From positions 1-53,059 of the forward strand of contig NMRA01001120.1 of the NCBI GenBank assembly GCA_002633005.1: a DNA stretch of 53,059 bases. Direction: 5' to 3'. This DNA is from Phoronis australis (taxonomy: Eukaryota; Animalia; Phoronida). The notes beneath the pieces are model-generated. The model did not search any database. It worked only from the letters and a program-made list of their open reading frames with translations, and was not told the DNA's origin. Below are positions 47,301 to 53,059 of the stretch, piece after piece (positions within the stretch are counted from its first letter, which is position 1; the number at the start of each line of letters is the position of its first letter). The translations under genes and the position numbers were made by a program.

Positions 47301-49423
47301 AGATGGAAATAAATCCCATTTACCTGTTGATGGTCTTTCCGCTACCAATTGTGAGTCCGTTTTCATCAACCATCATTTGTCCTTGAAGGATTCTTAGGAA
47401 GTTTGTGGGATTGCAGTTCTAGAAGAACACAATAGCTTATTTTAGCTACAAAGTAATAGTAGTGTAATCTAAGGCAATAACTCTCTGTCAAGTTCTAAAT
47501 GTCAGGGTGTATTTTGATAAGTTCAAGCTTTCACTATTTGAGTCGAAGAATCAGTGGTCTTACTCCTGGGGTAGTTTGCTAGTACTCAACACGGTTATAA
47601 ACTATCACTGTGTGCCATCCAGCTTTTTTCAAAGCGGAATACTCGATATCCCTGGTTAATCCTCAAAAGTTTGGAGAAATTTTGAAGCTCCCAACCGGCA
47701 AAGTCTGCTGAACCGGCAAGCGTGGCCTACCCTTCGAGCAAATTACACAACAGTGGGAATTACTTCCCGAGAACTACCTCGGCTATCGATTGTGTGACAC
47801 CGACAGTAATTATTTGTTTCTAGTTGAATCCAGCTTTTACGACCAAATCTAGACCCCAGTTAGCATGGGACAGAGGTAAGGATTCATTTGGTTAAAAATC
47901 CCATAATAGCGTTTAGAATTATTTCAAAATATGTCTAGACACAAGCGAATTTACGACGCCGTAAGGGACAGGGGCGGGGGTAACCGCATAATATGAATGA
48001 AAACTTTCCGTATTACCATAAACTTTGAACTAAAATGCTGGGGGCGTTTATTGTTTAGTTGCGTACAGAAGAGCGGAACGGGTGCCCTGAAACCACTCCC
48101 TTTGCAAGATGCCAAGCTCATATAGAAAAAAAATAAATAATGTAATTTTCTGTTTAAAATGTGAGTTCGTGACACTCTAAGTGGACAGTAATAATGCTCA
48201 AAGAAACCTACCTGACCGGTGTAGTCTCTTGGAACGCCTCGGTAGACATCCCTGCCGTTGGGATGATTGATAATTGTGCCAGGGTTTGGATTTCTGAAAG
48301 CAAGTAAAAAACAATAAACGTGTACCCTATGGAAGACTTGACTGGTTTTATTGATCAGCCACTATCACCGATTGTTGTTAGTCTCCAAAAACTCCCATTA
48401 AAAAGGTTTCTATTTGTTAAGCAAGCGTGACTAACGCTTTAGGCGAGTACAAGACAACTGTGAGGAGAGACCTCCCGTAGTATTCACTTGATAACAAGTA
48501 AGACAGATTCTTAGGTGACTATAATAACAACGTTTTTCTCGCTCACGGGAAGCTACTACCAGAGGTGAACCACCGTGTGAATGGACCGTGTTTCGTTAAG
48601 TTCACCAAAATTAGGTTTAGTATCCTTTTTCAATGCCTTAGCGACAAAAAGATAAGGTCAAAGACGCATAGTTTTGCTTCCGATCTATGTTCACATCGTT
48701 GAACAATGATACAAAAAAAACAACATGCGTCTGATAGAGATTCTGCTTATCACCATTTCTCCAATTGAATGGTCTTATAGTCTATAATCCATGATGGCAT
48801 ATCGTACAAGTACTGCAAGTACATAAATACCGACTAAAGATCGTTACCTGGAGTTATGCGCGATGTCGTCGTACATCATCACAATGATGTTGGACTCTGG
48901 GATTCCATTGTTTCTCAACACGTGGTAGGCGTGGCAAATATCAGCCTGCGAAGTATGAATTAATTAATATAAAGAAGAAAACACATACACATTCAACATT
49001 TTTATTCGAGTATATTTGCAGCCAGGGCGGGGCACTTCGAAATTCCCAATTCGTAGTAATAAGATATTGTAACTGATTCTGGCAGTGTTTCTGAAGGTTG
49101 GCAGACGTAATTTGGCTTTATGTACTTTTTCAATTGGCCGCACGCCAGGAAATCGATCAATCCAAAATTATGAAACCAGACAGGTTTTTCAGGGATTTTG
49201 GTAGAACGCAGTTCGCATTTCACCCGCGATCAGATTCACTTTAGTTACGACACAAGACATGCCAAACCTGATGCCTGTAGTTTCCCCATGTCCTTGAACC
49301 GGCCACAAGAACCGCCCAGTGTTGTCCATTCCCTCTATATTCCAACATCGTCTGCTTGACGACATCTTCGAAAGACTTGGCGCTGGCTAGAGCCAAAAAC
49401 CCTAACAAAACCAACAGCTTCAT
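38221..49423 (-). CDS. LGMN: Legumain / asparaginyl endopeptidase (peptidase C13) paralog A; complete 12-exon gene, 445 aa
   Basis: join(49268-49423,48848-48945,48212-48293,47324-47418,47131-47209,45145-45207,44859-44928,42518-42636,41856-41942,40806-40898,39083-39367,38221-38331) = 1338 nt. All introns are GT-AG and phase-consistent. Has a signal peptide, [16 protein letters not shown], catalytic DHG and EACESGSM, and a C-terminal LSAM prodomain with CYK.AV and FVNLCE. Confidence 0.95.
39083..39367 (-). CDS. LGMN: Legumain A exon 11 (activation peptide / LSAM prodomain)
   Basis: [30 protein letters not shown]...[20 protein letters not shown]|gtaagt; 285 nt. Confidence 0.93.
39852..40070 (+). 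mobile_element. tRNA-headed SINE
   Basis: A box GTGGTCTAGTG and B box GGTTCGAGTCC, followed by a non-tRNA body homologous to 10950-11155. Confidence 0.7.
40806..40898 (-). CDS. LGMN: Legumain A exon 10
   Basis: [31 protein letters not shown]|gtgagt; FQG marks the end of the catalytic domain. Confidence 0.9.
41397..41803. mobile_element. MITE in legumain A intron 9
   Basis: aa|CAGGGCCCGGTCTCTAATCT...AGATTGGAGACCGGGCCCTG|aa with internal ACTCGAA repeats; possible 2-bp TSD. Confidence 0.8.
41856..41942 (-). CDS. LGMN: Legumain A exon 9
   Basis: [29 protein letters not shown]|gtaagt. Confidence 0.94.
42518..42636 (-). CDS. LGMN: Legumain A exon 8
   Basis: [40 protein letters not shown]; 119 nt. 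Confidence 0.95.
42928..44831 (-). mobile_element. Kolobok-like element (AGGAGAATGCC family) with both ends, in legumain A intron 7
   Basis: ttaa|AGGAGAATGCCAGCCC ... GGGTGGCATTCTACT|tcaa. THAP ORF 44375-44668: [25 protein letters not shown]. Confidence 0.85.
43530..43793. mobile_element. MITE nested in the Kolobok-like element
   Basis: CATTCGCGCACCCAGG...GCTGGGTGCGCGCATG; absent at the homologous position (~36210) of the 34772 copy. Confidence 0.7.
44859..44928 (-). CDS. LGMN: Legumain A exon 7 (catalytic Cys)
   Basis: [23 protein letters not shown]|gtatgt. Confidence 0.95.
45145..45207 (-). CDS. LGMN: Legumain A exon 6
   Basis: [21 protein letters not shown]; 63 nt; phase 0-0. Confidence 0.92.
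45293..46477 (-). mobile_element. DINE-1/HINE-like non-autonomous Helentron
   Basis: - strand layout: TTTTT-ATGCGCCTA..TGGGCGCAT (subTIR + IR), then a (GTCCGTCCGGC)n array, 3 internal tandem units, TGGGCGCAT and the 3' stem-loop GCAATGC-TCC-GCGTTGC. Confidence 0.75.
46340..46427 (+). repeat. 11-bp minisatellite (CCGGACGGACG)x8
   Basis: Directly visible tandem array within the HINE. Confidence 0.95.
47131..47209 (-). CDS. LGMN: Legumain A exon 5 (catalytic His)
   Basis: [26 protein letters not shown]|gtaagt. Confidence 0.95.
47324..47418 (-). CDS. LGMN: Legumain A exon 4
   Basis: [31 protein letters not shown](S); 95 nt. Confidence 0.92.
48212..48293 (-). CDS. LGMN: Legumain A exon 3
   Basis: [27 protein letters not shown]; 82 nt; AG/GT bounded. 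Confidence 0.95.
48848..48945 (-). CDS. LGMN: Legumain A exon 2
   Basis: cag|[32 protein letters not shown](R)|gtaacg; 98 nt. Confidence 0.95.
49268..49423 (-). CDS. LGMN: Legumain A exon 1 (signal peptide to NYRHQ)
   Basis: [52 protein letters not shown]|gt. Confidence 0.93.
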
Positions 49424-49463
49424 GACTGCGCACAAACTTGACAAATTTTGCCTGGGTACCGGC

Positions 49464-49469
49464 TTTATA
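49464..49469 (-). promoter_or_regulatory. Candidate TATA box of legumain A
   Basis: TATAAA on the - strand ~45 nt upstream of the ATG, with an Inr-like TCAAGTT ~25-30 nt downstream of it. Position-based inference only. Confidence 0.5.
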
Positions 49470-51419
49470 GCAATTGCGCCATACGGTTTAAACAGATAAT
49501 ATTCAAGTCGTAATCTTCTTCAACAATGGAAATCGGATATTTTCTATATCACAGCTGATACAATTGGCACGTGGTGGGTAGGCCTAGTTAACAGCAAGCA
49601 GTTGCTAAATATATCTGCCAGGTCAGTGTAGTTCACAGATAAACGGGACTGAAAGCTAGGATATCGCAAAAAATAAAAGTAAATAATACCACATTAAATT
49701 TTGTGTATCAAAGGAATGTTTTTGTAAAGCTTAAAGGTTCGCACCAGCTCAGAAATCATCGACACACACTTCCACATAAAACACAGGTTTCTACATAGTT
49801 CATGTACGTACACATGGCTGCTCAGCAGAGCAAAATCTGAAAGTGGGGTTGATTGATATCTCTGTAATTACCATATGTACATAAGATACCGGAAAATTGT
49901 AGTGTTACGTTCGCACGCACACGGTGCGTTTGGTGATGCGACAGTCGTAAACGCCCGGGTCCTGGCGAAGACAAGCCAATTTGGTGCGTATTTTATAGTT
50001 ATATACGAAACATGTTTTGCGTAATTATCGTGGGCACTTTTTCAGTCGATGTAGGGAAGGAAAGAGATGTTCATATCCCTATGGATACAAAAATATTACG
50101 TAATCTATTCAATTACTCTAGCATATTTGTTAAAGAAATTCAACAAAAAGTAACAACTTATTAAAATTAAGCTCATACCACAGCACCTGAAAACTGGGCA
50201 GATTAGCACATTGGCAGTTTTTTCCTAAAACAGACATTAACAGGTAATTTTCCTGTTGCAAATTTTGACCTGGTGTAATTTCCCATATAGAAGTGACAAA
50301 ACATTGCAAAATCTTCTGGACAACCTCAATGCGGTGGCGACAAACTTTACGTTTCTATTGTTGTCAAAAACATGACAGCCAGGAATTAGTTCAACAAACT
50401 TCGTACTATTCTGTAACACAATACTCTTTAAAAGCAAAGATGTGCATACCGCTATTCTTTCAAATTCGTTTTACATTACCAAAAACAGTTTCACTTGATA
50501 TAGTTTATTACCGTTAAATCCTTTACTAGGAGTCCAAACCTACATTTTAATCGAGTTGAATTAAAAAAAGATTTGAATTAGGGCAATTTGTGAAAAACTA
50601 AAATCAGACGAATAACTGGCACAACAACATGTGTATCTTTATAAAACATTGAGGAATATTATCAAACACATGCCCAGCAGAGTAAAACTCAATGGATTAT
50701 TTTTTCTTGACAACCCATGGTTAAATACGAAGTCACATGGAATCATCTGTATCTGTACAAAGTCAACAAAAACGTTGATGTTAGACTACCGAAACTGCAC
50801 TAGTTTCTTATCTAAGAGCTGGAGTGAGCGCTCAACTTTCAGCTTTACAAAACTAAAAATTGGGAGCTCACTACATTGGGAAGTCAAAAATAGCCAAGTC
50901 CAAAGCATTAAAATAAAAAGAAGTGGTTCGTTAAACCAAAGATAACACCTAAGAGATGTATGTGGATAACAGTATAACCATAGAAAACTTGCTTGATTTC
51001 TAGATTCTGTTATGACACCTCACAAAATTAAATCAAAACAATCAACCTGGTCATTGTGTGACATGGCAAAGCTCTAGAACGGTAATAAACATATTTCTGA
51101 ATCAATGCTCAATCAAACTTTAAAATAATCCTAAAGCATTCAGACATCCGTGAACGCTGTAGCTAACTTTGAAGAGACTGTGAACACCAAACGTTGCACC
51201 ATCATTTGTACCTGTATTTTGCAGGTCACTCAACATTTTGCCATGAAAAGTTACAAATTGATTGTGTTAAACGACTCGAAACCAATTTCAGCATCAATAC
51301 AGTCAGTTAAAAATAAGTTATACAGATATGAAATTTAGCTAAACACGATTTTTTAACTTATTTAAGCTGCATTTAGTCATATTCAGCTGGCTCAAATGCG
51401 AAAATCAAAATTAATTAAA

Positions 51420-52552
51420 AGTGCCACCCTATTTAATTAGTCTCTTTTACCGTCTTAATCGGTCTACATGTATATCTACATCGCCTCACATATGGTCGAC
51501 CTTACCTTGCTGAGAGGTGTCGCGTTAACCTGTGACACAGGTGAGAAATGACGCAGCGACGTCAGTGGTTCATTTGCAGAATGAATACCGCTATGTTGCG
51601 GTGCATTGTCCATGCTTGTCCGAACTATGCAGCTGCGAGGAAAGCGGGTAAATCGTTTTCCTTCTTCTTCGAGAGTCCGAAATGCTTAGGAAGTGGCTCA
51701 CGGTAGTTAAGAATGAAAAGAACGCTGTAAATAGCCGCGAAGTATGAGGCCGTGAAACATCTTCGAGTCTGTGGCCTGCAGTAGTCGACAGTCGGATTCT
51801 GACGAATGCCGGCTTACCAAATAACTATCCATATGTTCAGTTGCCTGAGCTTGTTCACGGCGCCTCTCTAGTATTTCTTCGTCACTGTATTCCGGTTCGA
51901 ACTGATAGCCCGTGAAAGTTAAAAGGACAATGCCACCCTGTTTAATTAGTCTTTTTACCGTCGACCTCACCTTGCTGAGAGGTGTCACGTTAACCTGTGA
52001 GGAAGGTTAGAAACGACGCTGCGACGTCAGTGGTTTGTCTGCAGAGTGAATGCCGCTATATTGCGGTGCATCGTTCGCGCTTGTCCGAACTATGAAGCTG
52101 CGAAGAAAGCGTGTATATCATTTTTCGACTTTCTCGAGAGCCCGAAATGCTTAGGAAGTGGCTCGCGGTAGTGAAGAATGAAAGGTACACTGTTAATAGC
52201 AAGTATGAGGCCGTGAAACATCTCCGTGTCTGTGGCCGGCACTTCGTCGACAGTGATTTTTCTAACGAATTCAGGCTTATCAAAGAACTATCCATACATT
52301 CCGTAGCCTGTGCATGTTCACGACGCCTCTCTAGTATTTCTTGATCAGTGTATTCCGGTTCAAACTGACAGCCTGTGAAACCTAACAATCCGACCCGCGA
52401 AGTTTTCGTCGTATGAGCTCTTGACTAAGTCGGGATTGGCGCCGGGAGAGTTGCCTTGTAGACATTTATTATTCTGCGTTCTGTTTCAAAATGAGCTATT
52501 CTCATCCTAACCAATGCTTATATGAAACTGAAACAAAGTCTGTCTCATTAGA
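51420..52552 (+). mobile_element. Two tandem truncated Kolobok-like (AGGAGAATGCC family) copies
   Basis: Copy 1 ~51420-51918; copy 2 ttaa|aAGGACAATGCCACCC 51923-52552. Both carry THAP ([14 protein letters not shown]) on + and GYQFEPEY on -. Confidence 0.8.
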
Positions 52553-52553
52553 T

Positions 52554-53059
52554 CAGTGGCGGATCTAGGATATCACAAGGGGGGGGCCCAACATTTTGTC
52601 CGGCTGTAAACATTTGCGCAAACTGAACCACGATTGTAGATGCGAATAGCACCGAATGGGGGGAGGTCGGGAGGGGGGTTTGCCTCCCGCCCAGGAAATT
52701 TTTCTGTTTTTACCTCTAAAAATCAAGTATTTTCCTTGATTCCTGAAGTATTATTCAAGAAAAAAAGGCAAAAAAACACGGAGAACGTGTTAAACAGGCA
52801 AACCTGAAAGTACCAAAGACTCGAACTAACGTCCTTGCGCATAGAGCGCGCGTGCGTTACCACTACACCACCACGATTTCGCTACTACTCTCATACTAAG
52901 AGACCTACTTGTTTATGGTCCACAGCGCTTGCGCGCGAAACCTACTTCTTTTTGTAATGCTTATTACACGTTTTTTGCCATCCATTTTTAATAAATTTGT
53001 CGTATTTAAAATAGTCTTCAAATGCCCAAAAGACCAAACCCGTTTTTCGTGTTGGCAAT
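52554..53059 (+). mobile_element. CAGTGGCGGATCT-type MITE (runs off the window) carrying a ~230-bp insertion
   Basis: CAGTGGCGGATCTAGG start; matches 12154-12408 except for the insertion at ~52793-53021. Confidence 0.7.
52810..52878 (-). other. tRNA-like sequence (SINE head or tRNA pseudogene)
   Basis: - strand GTGGTGTAGTGGTAAC (A box) ... GTTCGAGTC (B box); no convincing acceptor stem. Confidence 0.5.

Noticed and set aside
14179-49423. GPI transamidase PIG-K/GPI8 identity
   Set aside because: [19 protein letters not shown] and the LSAM domain are legumain-type; GPI8 has GHGG and DTCQA.
34772-52552. Kolobok copies upstream of both paralogs as the cause of the legumain duplication
   Set aside because: The TE copies still align easily at DNA level, while the paralogs' introns do not and their proteins are much diverged. 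The insertions post-date the duplication.

Overview
This is a eukaryotic, AT-rich, intron-rich window from a draft animal assembly. A marine invertebrate is plausible but is inference only. It has one 550-N gap (26890-27439) and single Ns at 7022, 11682 and 32879. There are no prokaryotic features, and almost all short ORFs in the track are exon or transposon fragments or noise. Host genes: (i) two in-phase + strand exons of an insulin-degrading enzyme (IDE, M16A) gene at 1641-2744, with no further IDE exon recognisable; (ii) a tandem pair of legumain / asparaginyl endopeptidase (C13) genes on the - strand. Paralog A (49423-38221) is complete, with 12 coding exons, a 1338-nt CDS and 445 aa. 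Paralog B (34350-14179) has 10 recognisable exons, a 1-nt frameshift in exon 6 and no recognisable C-terminal prodomain (LSAM) exons. Most of the remainder is DNA-transposon debris: a ~5.8 kb TA-flanked Tc1/mariner relic, and several Kolobok-like families (TTAA-flanked THAP and THAP+KolX/P2X7-tail-like elements, plus a decayed multi-exon Kolobok-like transposase gene hidden in legumain B intron 2). There is also a DINE-1/HINE-like Helentron derivative, MITEs and tRNA-headed SINEs. I cannot support a wholly new biological system. The best leads are the diverged, possibly prodomain-less legumain B, the Cys co-variation between the paralogs, the hidden spliced Kolobok-like gene and the mutual truncation of IDE and legumain B across a TE-rich block. 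All assignments come from manual translation and motif recognition; no database searches were run.
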